DNA of 64,000 bases from Fimicolochytrium jonesii. Lineage: Eukaryota. The stretch is taken from positions 124,001-188,000 of the forward strand of contig NW_026515689.1 in assembly GCF_025526975.1 (NCBI RefSeq). Reading direction: 5' to 3'. Below, piece after piece: positions 48,357 through 59,150 of the stretch. Position 1 is the first letter of the stretch. The number at the start of each line of letters is the position of its first letter. Below the pieces are notes generated by a model that saw nothing but the letters and a program-made list of their open reading frames with translations, searched no databases and was not told the DNA's origin. Made by a program: the position numbers and the translations under genes.

Positions 48357-49315
48357 TATTTCGACTCAAATGGAGTTCTTTACTTACTGGAGGAACGGGT
48401 CTGGTCCTTGTTTCGCACGCTCGATGATGTAAATGATGCTTGTTCCAACACCTGACTCAACCTCATCTAAGCTCAAGTGCTCCTGCAACAGATGCTGCTG
48501 CTCTGCAAGTTCGTCGTCTGCACGGAATGAGACTGGTCCTTGTTTCACACACTCATCTTTCGTTTTGCCTGATTCGTCTGTGTGATAAGCCGGCGGTCGG
48601 TCCTTGTAGATTGCCGAGTACTAGTTGCAACACGATTTAATCATTAGCGCGGTAGTGCGGGTGGAAATATTCATTGACTGACTCACCTGGAGGCTTAAGA
48701 TCCATCCTCGTCATTGCAAGAACCGACGCAGTTGGCGGTAAAATGTCGCTATATGAAGATGTTATACATTATTGTCAAGGAATTGTCATGTAGCCCTGGG
48801 TTTTCTCTGCCCACTCACAGTTTGCCCTGACGTTCTCATCCGGATGCCCGGCCGGAAGTCGTTGGACAATGTCCACAAACAAATCGTATATTATTGTATC
48901 ACGGTTAATCCCGTTTACAGGCGGCGGGAGGGGAGGAGGGAACACTACTCCAACCCTTCCATGTTTGGTTTTTTGACCCATCAGAACCCATCAAATGGCC
49001 GCCTCTACGCCATTCAACGGGAACGCGTCGAAGCTCTGAATTTTGAAGGCGAGACTCATCGAGTCGCATGGAGGATCGCCACTCAGCAGCAACCGGCAGG
49101 CCACCGGCGCAAGTAACGGGACAAAGGTGCGGGCTGTGCGAACAGCTTGCTGGGCCGCCGCTCAATCGCATATTGGCGACTCCCGCTTTTGCTAGATGCG
49201 CTTCCTCCACTCTTGCTTCCCATTCGCCTTCCCCAACACGCACCTTCCGTCCACAGCCACCGTCTCTCCACTTAAGCCACCCTCAGAACCCGTTCCAATC
49301 ACAAAAACAGCAGTA

Positions 49316-50457
49316 ATGTCAACCACCGCTTCCTCCCGTCCAGTCGACATGCTCATCCTCGGCATGGGCTGGTCCGGCACCTACGTGGCGACCCTCCTCA
49401 CCTCTCTCGACATTTCGTTTGAGGCTACTACGACAACGGGACGCGATGGGACGCTAAAATTTGAATATGACCCGGACTCAACTGACCCGACGCCGTTTGA
49501 ACAGCTGCCGGATGCGAAGACTGTGCTTGTTACGTTTCCGTTGAGGTGAGGGTTCGGGCGAGGCCGAGCGGAGCGATGGCGAGATTGCTTGAGGACTGCG
49601 GCGTAGGCCGAGAAATGATTGAGGGTTCCGAGCGAAGCAAGGAAAACGCTTGAGGAGCGGGCCGGGAATGATTAAGGGTTCAGAGCAAAGCAAAGGAAGT
49701 CCTTGAGGAGTGGGCGGCAGGCGGAAGGCTGCTTTTTACACCCGAGCCCGACATGCTCGTCGCAAGTGGAGCGAGCAGCATGTCGTTTTATCCTTGATCA
49801 AACAGGTTGATGGGTTGATGATCATTTAGGGGGAAGCAGTCCGCTCTCAATCTGGCAGATCTGTATGAGCAGACCCATGCAAGTACCGCAGTGACGCAGC
49901 AATATATCCTGCTAGGCTCGACGAGGCCTTACAGCACGACCGCAGGCGACGCAGGCGACGTCTGGGTAGATCGCAACAGCAACCCGGACCTGACTATCGA
50001 CGCCCCGCGGCAGGAGGCCGAGGCCGCTCTCCTTGCTCGTGGAGGCCGCGGCGGGCGTGGGAGTGGGTGCGTCCTAAACCTCGCGGGTCTATATGGCGGC
50101 ACCCGGGACCCGCGCAACTGGGTCCCCCGCGTTGCCCCCGATCTCCCCGCCTTACGTGGAAAGGGCTCCCTGCATGTGATCCACGGGGAAGACGTGGCGC
50201 AAGCGGTGCTGGCAGTGTCTCGCGATTTTACGCCGGGAGAAAGGTGGTTGGTGACGGATACGAGGGTGTATTGCTGGTGGGATTTGGCCGCGGCGTGGGG
50301 TGACCGCGATGAAGCCCGTTGGGTGTTGCGGTTGATGGAGGAGGCGGGTGTACGGGGGCTGCCGAGGCCGGTTGAGATGCTTGGTCGCGCTGTCGATTCC
50401 ACTGCTTTCTGGAGGAGGTTCGGAGTGGTCCCGCTCAGGCCGTCGCTGAAACCGTAA
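49316..50457 (+). CDS. Atypical SDR / NAD(P)-binding Rossmann-fold protein (fungal conserved); 2 exons
   Basis: MLILGMGWSG, VLVTFPL, YILLGST, VLNLAGLYGGTRDPRNW, KGSLHVIHGEDVA, GERWLVTD. Intron 49546-49829. Confidence 0.8.
49546..49829 (+). repeat. Enlarged intron (284 nt) with tandem ~54-bp units of the same repeat family
   Basis: GAAATGATTGAGGGTTCCGAGCGAAGCAAGGAAAACGCTTGAGGAGCGGG followed by GAATGATTAAGGGTTCAGAGCAAAGCAAAGGAAGTCCTTGAGGAGTGGG; CGAGCGGAGCGA at 49565. Confidence 0.75.
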
Positions 50458-51269
50458 GGAAGTATCACTGGGCGTAGTTAAGGATGTGGCGTATGGGTCT
50501 GGTCGAACTGCCTTTTGAAGCACACATTCTTTTTGGCGAATTGAATTCTTCGCATGAACAAATCATTATGCCCTCCGCACCTCTAAACAATGGGCGTCGA
50601 TAACTTACGACCTCGGAGCGACCAAAACTGTTCACCAAGTCAGACTCAGAGTTAACCGATCGCAACCTTGCGGCGTGCTACATCTTCGCGCATCGGCGCG
50701 CACCTCGGGCTGCGAACCCAGTCCCAAACACAAAGATGTCCACGTTGATGGCGAAGAGGATGCCAGAGAAAGAGTGTCCACCAGGACAAGCCTGGTCGGA
50801 CAAACACGGTATCTCCGTCGGCTCCTCATCCTTAACGCACGCAGGGACGTCCACAGTCAACGTGCACACACACCCAGCAGGACAAGGTCCAGGAACAAAC
50901 ACGTCCGGGGAGCAGAAGCAACGAGTACGGGTCCTCGCTTGCCGGCCCGCAGCTATATCGCGTGCCGAGTCGAAGTCCCACAACATTCGATCTATTTCGC
51001 ATCTAACGGTACCCTAACTGCATCTAACGGTTGTAACCAGCGTGTGGGAAACGCGTTCATGCTCACGTGATCTGAGCGGGTCGCCTGCGGGTCCTGTCAA
51101 ATCGCGGCGAATGAGGGCGGCGGGTTCACAAACTTAAACGGCGTGCCGCTGGATCTGGGAGCCGCTGGGCCGCTGGTGCCGCCGGTCATATATATATCAA
51201 TATATGGAGCTTGGCGAGATCCCTTCCCTGCTTTGCAGCCAAGGCAAGAACGGAGGAGCCCCACCGCCC

Positions 51270-52052
51270 ATGGACCCCACACTCTCTCTCGAGGTCATAT
51301 GCGACATCGCAGCTTACTTGCAGCAACCCGACCTCATCAAGCTCGCCCGCGCATGTAGAAAATGGCACGACGCGCTCATCAAGCGAGCATATCGCAACGT
51401 GGTGCTTAATTCGACCCGATCCCGTCAGCACAAAAACATTAAAGCATTCCACCGAACACTTCGTGCCCATCCAGACCGAGCCCAGTGGGTGGAACGCTTG
51501 GAACTGCACGCCTTGTGGGATTGGAACCGTAACGGCATCTTCGTGACTTCTCCGTTGTGCAAGGTTTTGAACCTGTGCTTGTCGGCGAAAGAGATAGACT
51601 TCTCCTTGACGGTGGACGACTTTGTCAACACCTTCGCTCTCAAGAATCACACTCTTCGCCTTGGGGCGTCCCGCGTTTTCGAAGAAGGGACACAGCACTA
51701 CCGGGAGCAAGTCCTCCGCGCCGTTCTGCCAGAACTCCCAAAACACCATCCCGAGATAACCGAACTGAGACTCGCGAATATGGGCCTAAGCTTCGGCGAC
51801 GTGAGCGACAAAGCTACCCACTTTCCGAACGTGACGGACCTCTGGCTGGCCAATGCGACGTTGAACCTGACCGCCCTCTGGCTGACCAATGGGACGTTGT
51901 CCATGAGCGGAGCGGGGCGAGGCTACTATCACGCCTTCCCAAATTTGAAGCAAGTGATGGAGAGCGACAAGAGAGACAATGGAAACACCAATGAGCCGCC
52001 GAAAACCTTCCGAGTGTACGGAATCGACCAATGGATATCTATTCATGAATGA
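51270..52052 (+). CDS. F-box domain protein, possibly C-terminally truncated
   Basis: MDPTLSLEVICDIAAYLQQPDLIKLARACRKWHDALIKRAY F-box, followed by LRR-like FPNVTDLWL / FPNLKQV. Confidence 0.62.
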   Translation: MDPTLSLEVICDIAAYLQQPDLIKLARACRKWHDALIKRAYRNVVLNSTRSRQHKNIKAFHRTLRAHPDRAQWVERLELHALWDWNRNGIFVTSPLCKVLNLCLSAKEIDFSLTVDDFVNTFALKNHTLRLGASRVFEEGTQHYREQVLRAVLPELPKHHPEITELRLANMGLSFGDVSDKATHFPNVTDLWLANATLNLTALWLTNGTLSMSGAGRGYYHAFPNLKQVMESDKRDNGNTNEPPKTFRVYGIDQWISIHE

Positions 52053-54013
52053 ATTCGCGCGCACCTCGGAGTAACGGATTAAAGTAGCGTCGACTGCATC
52101 CAAGATCAGTAGGGAGAGTGGGCGATCGGCTCCCACAATTCACGTCCGAAACGCATTCCTAACAACTGCTCAGGAGGAACGCATCTACCGAGTCCGTACA
52201 GACCGAACAGCATCTCTCACGAAATGCTCATAGACTAGATAGATGCGAACAATGCAGCGGACTTAGCATATGTAGAGACACCGCTTCATTGCGGGAAGAA
52301 ATCGTTGAAGGGTCGACTATGGGCAAAGACGAAATGGCAGTGCTACTCGGCGTATAGTATAGTTTGGCCGTATTCTGGGCGCCAAAACACTAGCGGCGTT
52401 TGGCTCCCACAGATGCAGATAGCCCTTTTCGCAACGCCCTAGACTAATCTGAACTACAGTAGTCATCTTATCTATCTCCACTATTCAATTCATCTACCTC
52501 CCCTTTCGTTCGTCAGAGCTCCGAGATACCACGGGAGGTAATCTGCTTCATTGGCCAACGCGGCGCAAAGAGGAAGAGAAATTTGGAGAAGCCTAACATC
52601 GTCGCACACTGATGTTGACCAGAAGGAATGGCCGCAGGAAAGACATACGAAGGAGTTTTTTTTGTTTGATTTTGCCTCCTGTCCTTCGGTGTGTGACATA
52701 GAATGACGCTATTCTTGTCGTAATACCAAGTTCTCTACGTATCCTCCATGTTTTGGCAGAAGAGCGACAGGAGTCTCTGTTCCTGCAGGAGAGCGACAGG
52801 GGAGTAGCAAGGGTACCGATCTCGTGAGTGTTGAATGGACCGCTTTTCCGCAGGAGAGCGACAGGGATGGATATTCTATCTCCTGCAGGAGAGGGCAAGG
52901 AGGACAAGCTACCCTTTCCCGAATACTTTTCGGACGATAACGCGTCGGAGAAACTGACGGCAAGGGCTTATGTCAGCGCGACGCGTATTCGAACGCGACG
53001 CTCAGCTTCACTGGAATGGCGTTGGGAAAACTTGCGGGGATTGCAACCGCTTCCCGCTGCTGCTGAACAGGCTGCTGTGTATTGAATTTCAGACCTGCGC
53101 AGGTACATATGCAGTATAATTGTCCGGTGAAGCGTTATGGAAACATGTTCGGGATAGAACTCGTGAGGCTAATTTTCCTAGGGGATCCTGATGGGTTATC
53201 AAGTCAGGTTCTTGCGCAAGTCCGAAGGTATATTTACGGTGCCGGAGTCTAAAGCTTGATGGACAGGATGCTCATTTTTCTATAGCGTGGTGTTCGTTTC
53301 CTAGCACTACATATTGCCGGATGAATCGCATAATATCGGACGAGTAGAGTCTGTTGATATGAAACTTCATTATTGCGGCACTATGCATAACACGCACATT
53401 ATATCCATCATCCCCTTCTCAAGCTGAAGTCGAAGCTCCGCTTCTCTCTCAAGCTGAACAAGCTGAAGATGATTCCCCCCTCCCCTCCCCCCCGAGAAAA
53501 AGAAGCAGGCCCGAAACAACTGTCAACATAGGATCGAAATCAACGATTAGCTCATTATCTTCGCATCCGGGAAGTGATTTCCGCCTCTCAGTTCAAGAAG
53601 ATCACCAGAGGACGGGCATCCTTGCGAAGGGGTTACGGGACGCTAAAGGCGATAGACCTGGGGTGGTTCCGGGAGACCAAACATACGTACGGTGTCCCGC
53701 AAACACCTCAGGTCTAGCACTCTTCGGGACGATCTTGTGCATTGACCTCTCACCACCGCATACGGGTTGTCATTTATGTTCAGCAACGGCCCCACGACAG
53801 TCCCCGACACATCCAATATGAAGAGACTCCATCCCAAGTTGCAAAGTTGCAAACGCGTCCCCGTCGCGTTCATGCTCACGTAGCGATTAGTCTCGTTGGG
53901 CAGTCACGTGACTCTCGATTAGTCTCGCTGGGGGACGCCGGTGGTCCCTCACATTGGGAACAGCCTCGCGTTCCCCGGCTTTCTCACCCTTTCCGTCGAA
54001 CAGTATAGCAAAG

Positions 54014-55108
54014 ATGGTACGTATTCGGACGACGACACAATACACCCGCCAGGCGCAGAGGGAACGTATGCTCGACACGGGACGAAACGAACGACATGCT
54101 GCGATCGGAACGGATGGATGGATGGATGGATGGATGGATGGTGCGAGCGGTGGATTGATGGACGAAGTGGGTTGGAATGGAAGCAGACGATTTTCCGGCA
54201 CAGCACGTAACGGCGACGAGGGGGATTTAGGGAGCATCGGCGAGACTCGGCAGACAGTGCTAAGAGCGTCTTGGAAGCACTATCACCACAATTCGAAGTT
54301 GCGATTTTATTCCACATTCCGACCGGGGCTAGGAATAGAGAAGTGTGGCATACGAAGCGGATCGGTCATAGAGGGAACTAGACGTTGAGGCGGTGGCGAC
54401 GGAAGCGGACTTGTGGACTCCGAGGAACGTGGGAATGCATGGACGAGATTCTGATCCGAGTTACCCTCTTTGTGCCAATTAGGCCGACGAATTTGACCAG
54501 GAGTCTGCTGCGGACATCAAGAAGAAGAGGACTTTCCGCAAGTTCACCTTCAGGGGCGTTGACCTCGACCAGCTTCTCGACCTCTCCAGCGAGCAGGTAC
54601 GTTACGAATTGCCAATTTCAGAAAGTTTCGGGATGGCAGGGGAGATTTCGCAGAAGCTGAAGTGCTAATGTTCTATCGTTTCGCATAGCTTATGGACATC
54701 GTCCATGCCCGTGCTCGCAGAAGGTTCCAGCGCGGTCTTAAGCGCAAGCCTATGGGCTTGATCAAGAAGCTCCGCAAGGCCAAGAAGGAAGCCCCCGCCG
54801 GCGAGAAGCCCGACGTTGTCAAGACCCACCTCCGTGACATGATCATTGTCCCCGAGATGATTGGCTCCGTCGTTGGTGTCTACAACGGAAAGACCTTCAA
54901 CCAGGTTGAGATCAAGCCCGAGATGATTGGACACTACCTCGGCGAGTTCTCTATCTCATACAAGCCCGTCAAGCACGGTCGTCCTGGTATTGGTGCTACC
55001 CACAGTTCTCGGTATGTATTTTTTTATTCCAGATGCCACTTCTAATACTTGATACTCATCTCGTTCCCTTCCTTCTTTCTTTCAACCAGTTTCGTTCCCC
55101 TCAAGTAA
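54014..55108 (+). CDS. RPS15: 40S ribosomal protein S15 (uS19); ATG-only first coding exon, 4 exons
   Basis: [71 protein letters not shown]. Intron 1 is 54017-54482. Confidence 0.98.
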
Positions 55109-55701
55109 AAACTGGGAAAACGGACGAGCGACTTGCCCTTATTGTATATGTTACTTTTTGTGCGGTAGTAATCAACAAACACACACGAATCCATCATCTC
55201 CAATTTTGCCCACGAGGGGCGATCTAGGTAATCTGCCCACGAGGGACGCTCTGGGTAATCTGCAGCCGCGCTGGATATACAGATCATTTGTCTTTGGAGC
55301 CCGGAAGGGATATGGCGGATGGTATTGACCTTGCATTCGGAGGGAAAGCGGTTATTGAAGCAAGCGACGGCACGGACAGCTTTGGAAGGGACACTTGAGC
55401 TTTGACCAAAATGATGGACATCTTGGAAAACGTGTCGTTTTCTGTGTCATCCGGGGGGTAACCATTCTATCACTGCTAGCGGGCCCTCTTGCCCGACGCG
55501 GATGGAAGCTCCGTCGTCCTTCTAGAGTGTCGCCCTCCGTGTATCCCTAACCCCCATTCTGCATGCATCGTTCCGTAAAGGTGTTACCGGACAGAATTGG
55601 GGATAGGTAGGCCCGGCATGAATTTTCCCATCTGGGGGTGCAAGCTTCAGACTTCAACGTAAGGCCTCATCAGAGTGGTCGAGCAGGGGGATGGCTAGAA
55701 G

Positions 55702-55892
55702 TGGGTAACTCGTGCTAAATGTGAGTAACTCGGGTTAGGGTCAGACTAGTTAGACAGTTACCGGGCGGAGCGTGGTAGTAAGGCCGACTCACCGAAGGCA
55801 AAGGGGTTAGGTTTGTTAATCAAATGGTTCACTTTGGCTGTAAAAAGTCTTATTCTTGAGGTGGGCTTACCACATTTAGCACGAGTTACCCA
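55702..55892. mobile_element. MITE-like element (~190 bp)
   Basis: Perfect 22-bp inverted repeats TGGGTAACTCGTGCTAAATGTG (55702-55723 / 55871-55892), with a non-coding interior. Confidence 0.7.
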
Positions 55893-56088
55893 TTCCGGTC
55901 CAGCAGTGAGTACTACTTACGTCATGTCCAGTCCACTTCCAATCCGCGTCGCTCAAGTATAAAAACCCAGCAAACGTCAAAACGACGCACTCCAACTCCA
56001 CCCAACGCAGAGCCAATCTAGTCTCACCTTACATACACATTCGTCCCCATAGAACCCACCACCACCCCACACTCCATCCACCCTTACC

Positions 56089-56517
56089 ATGTCCCGCCTT
56101 CTCCTCCGCCCCGTTACAATCCCCCTCCGCCATCTCTCCACCACGCGCCCCCTGCTCGCCGCCGTAACGCCCACCCCACCCAAACCGACCCCCCCACCCC
56201 CCGCCGACAAACCACAAGACGAGTCCTGGATCTACAGCAAGGAGAAGGACCCGATGGCGAACATGTCTGAGGAGGAGAAGGATGAGATTCGGCGGGATGT
56301 GAGGAGGGAGAGTGCGAGGGCTTTCAGTGTGGGGTATGCGATTTTGGGTGGAGGGGTTTTGGCTGTGGTAGGTTTTTCTGAGCGCGGGTTTGTAGGGAGG
56401 GTGTGGGATGGTGTGCCGTATGAGGGCAGGAGGAGTATTTACTTACAATTCCGTTTTGTTTCCTTTCAACTACAGGGCGCGGCAACGTGGTTCAGCCTCG
56501 CCGACAAGAGACGCTAG
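56089..56517 (+). CDS. Small putative mitochondrial single-pass membrane protein; 2 exons
   Basis: Arg/Leu-rich presequence MSRLLLRPVTIPLRHLSTTRPLL. TM GYAILGGGVLAV|GAATWF is joined across a GTAGG...CAG intron (~56368-56474). Confidence 0.6.
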   Translation: MSRLLLRPVTIPLRHLSTTRPLLAAVTPTPPKPTPPPPADKPQDESWIYSKEKDPMANMSEEEKDEIRRDVRRESARAFSVGYAILGGGVLAVVGFSERGFVGRVWDGVPYEGRRSIYLQFRFVSFQLQGAATWFSLADKRR

Positions 56518-57398
56518 ACGTATGCATCGCGAACCATACGGCGCAATTGCACCCAAAACCCACATTCATCACCATCGGCGAAGAACAAAAGGGTGGATCT
56601 CACAAAGCGGTCCCCTACAACTTCCGTGATGGAGTATTTCGGATGAGAACGAATCTTAACCGTAGCGTCCCTTCGGTCGCTTTCCCCACCATGTAAATAG
56701 CTGAGGCGATTTGAAGGATTTATCAGATGTACATGTCTCTTGACGCACCATTGTGGGCGAACTTGAATGGTTTTCGGGCTGTGATCGCCTTTGCAAGAGG
56801 GAGGGACGGAGAGTGATCCTGGATTGTCCACCGGGACACGTAGATGTGGAAGAAGCGGCAGCAATTCCGGCACCCCCAATCCCCATGCCAATCTGGCAAG
56901 CATCCTTGGCTACACGCGACCACGACAACGATGTCGAATGCGGTTGACTCCCTTTCCAGGCTTTCCCAAAACGACCACGACCGACAGTCCGCTGCATCCC
57001 AATCACGACCAGCAGTCCCTCCCCTCCCCATCCCCACTCCACACCAAATGCCACAATCCCCGCATCGCCTCACACAGCAATGTGTCAAATAATAATTTGA
57101 TGGAAAGAAACTGTGTACAAGGAAAAAAGGGCGACCATCCCGTTTGTTGAATTGATGCGTCGTGCGCTCACGATGGAAAGAAGAGCAGATGCCGAGACCG
57201 AGGTCCTCCATCCATCGAAACCACCACCACCACCCCACACCGAGCGTTCTTTCCGGAGCCCTCCCACCGTGACATGACAGGTATTGAAGTTGAGGACCAA
57301 GTGAATAGCTGTGAAGGAGAGGGAAGTGAGTAAGGAAAGACAAGTGACCTCTAGGGGAAATCAGAGGTCAAGAAGTGGGTTGGATATCGAGACGTACC

Positions 57399-58403
57399 TT
57401 ACTTGGAGGCCGCAACCTTGGCCTTCTTGGTTCCACGGAACTTCTTTGCCCTGTTCTTGCGCTCCTTCCTTTGCTTGCGAGCAGTCTTCTGCGTCTCGGC
57501 AAGACCGTCCTACAATGACCCCACCAAAAACCGTCAGCAGCCAATCTCGTCTGCAAATCCCCACTCTCGCCCCGTCTATCGTGCCGCTGGCCATTCCGAA
57601 AGCGGGTGGTACATACCCGCGCAAGCCTGTGCTTGGGCTCGAACTTCTTGGCGGCGTCCAAGGAGTTGTAGATGAGGGCGAAACCAGTCGACTTGCCTCC
57701 ACCGAACTGGGTGCGGAAACCGAAGACGAAGATGCTCTACAAGAGAAATAATCATCATAGTCAACACCCCCAATCCTCGAGTTATGCAATTCCATTTCCA
57801 AAATGCTAACCTCCTGCTCAGCCTTGTACAGCTTGGCAAGCTTCTCGCGAAGCTCCTTCTTGCTGACGTTAGCGCGGCCCGGGTGGAGGACGTCCACGAG
57901 CATCTGCTTACGCTGCAGGAGCGGGTTCGTCAAGAACTTGCGGGTACGGATCGTGACGCTGTCGGCCTGCAATTTGGTGGGAAATGGGAGTCAGCGAATT
58001 TGTCCTGCATGGGTTGCGCTCTGCCCAAGCCCAGTACGGCTGTTGCTGCTGCTCCGCTGGGGTGTCCCTCAGGCCTGCCCTAGTTATCCAAGCCGAAGGT
58101 ACCGCCATGCCGATAAACCGTCCTCCCAGTGTGGACGAAATGCCGATTCCATTCCCCAAACACAGCCCACCAAAACGAGCCGTAGCGCAGTGTCGTCCCT
58201 CTGCCGGTCCCCTTCGTCCCTCCCCTTCGTCGTTTGTCATCGAGCATGGTCATCCCCCCCTCCTTCTCACATTCCCACACCCTCCCTCCCTTCAATCCAT
58301 CCATCCATCCACCCCATCCATCCGTCCCCTCTGCCGTCGTCCCATCCATAACCCCTCACTCCTCGACGCTGTTCTCGGTGTACCGTCGTTTTGTTCGTAC
58401 CAT
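57399..58403 (-). CDS. RPS24: 40S ribosomal protein S24 (eS24); ATG-only first coding exon
   Basis: [78 protein letters not shown]. Intron 1 is 58400-57967. Confidence 0.97.
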
Positions 58404-59150
58404 CTTGTCTATAGATGCTGATTATGCCGCGGTTTTGCGAGAGGGCTTTCTAAGACGTTATGCCGGGCGTATTGTGGTGATGGAGGCCGGGCAGCGCGCG
58501 CGGTTCACCACTAAGCCACATGCGTTATTGTGAGTCACCCCATGTTATGTGGCTGTTAGGAACAGCGACGAGCAGTGCCTAGACTGGGTCAAGCGGTGCG
58601 GGAACTCGCCCTCTTCCCTTGTTTCCGCTCTTCGCCGGAGAAGAAACGGCCCCACTCATACACTACACAATATGCAACACATGGATGAGAGATATAGACG
58701 GTCGTAACTTCGTATGTAAAGTGTACACAAAAAATGAGAGACCATCTCCATCCCTCCCCTACGCAAAACAGCTCTGCCACAGCTGTTCCATGCAAGGCAA
58801 ACTTTACATCTCTTCAGACTATAGAGGTTCAGCGCTCCACTCGTTCTGCGTCCGCCACGTCATCGTGGGAAGCAAAGTTCCTCTCCTTGTCACATGAAGC
58901 GTGCGGTACAGAACAGCCAACAGAAGAACCCTTTGCTCTTCACTAACCTCTCTCTGCCTTTGATGCCCACTCTTTCTTCCCGATTCATTCCATTCATGTT
59001 TTTAACGTGTGGCGCGTTCAATGTAACAACGCGCAGAGCACACACGGGTTTTGTTTCCTCAGCTGTTTTGTTGCTTCTCTTGTTCTACGTCCATTCCACC
59101 AACCTGCTCCTCGTCATGCAATGCCCTACCACTACGCCCACACCCCTCAA

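Noticed and set aside
54017..54482. Intron-encoded snoRNA in ribosomal protein introns
   Set aside because: No convincing RUGAUGA...CUGA pair with terminal stem or H/ACA structure seen; an Infernal/Rfam scan would be needed.
55207..55263. 26-27-bp tandem duplication after RPS15
   Set aside because: Two imperfect copies only; ordinary local slippage.
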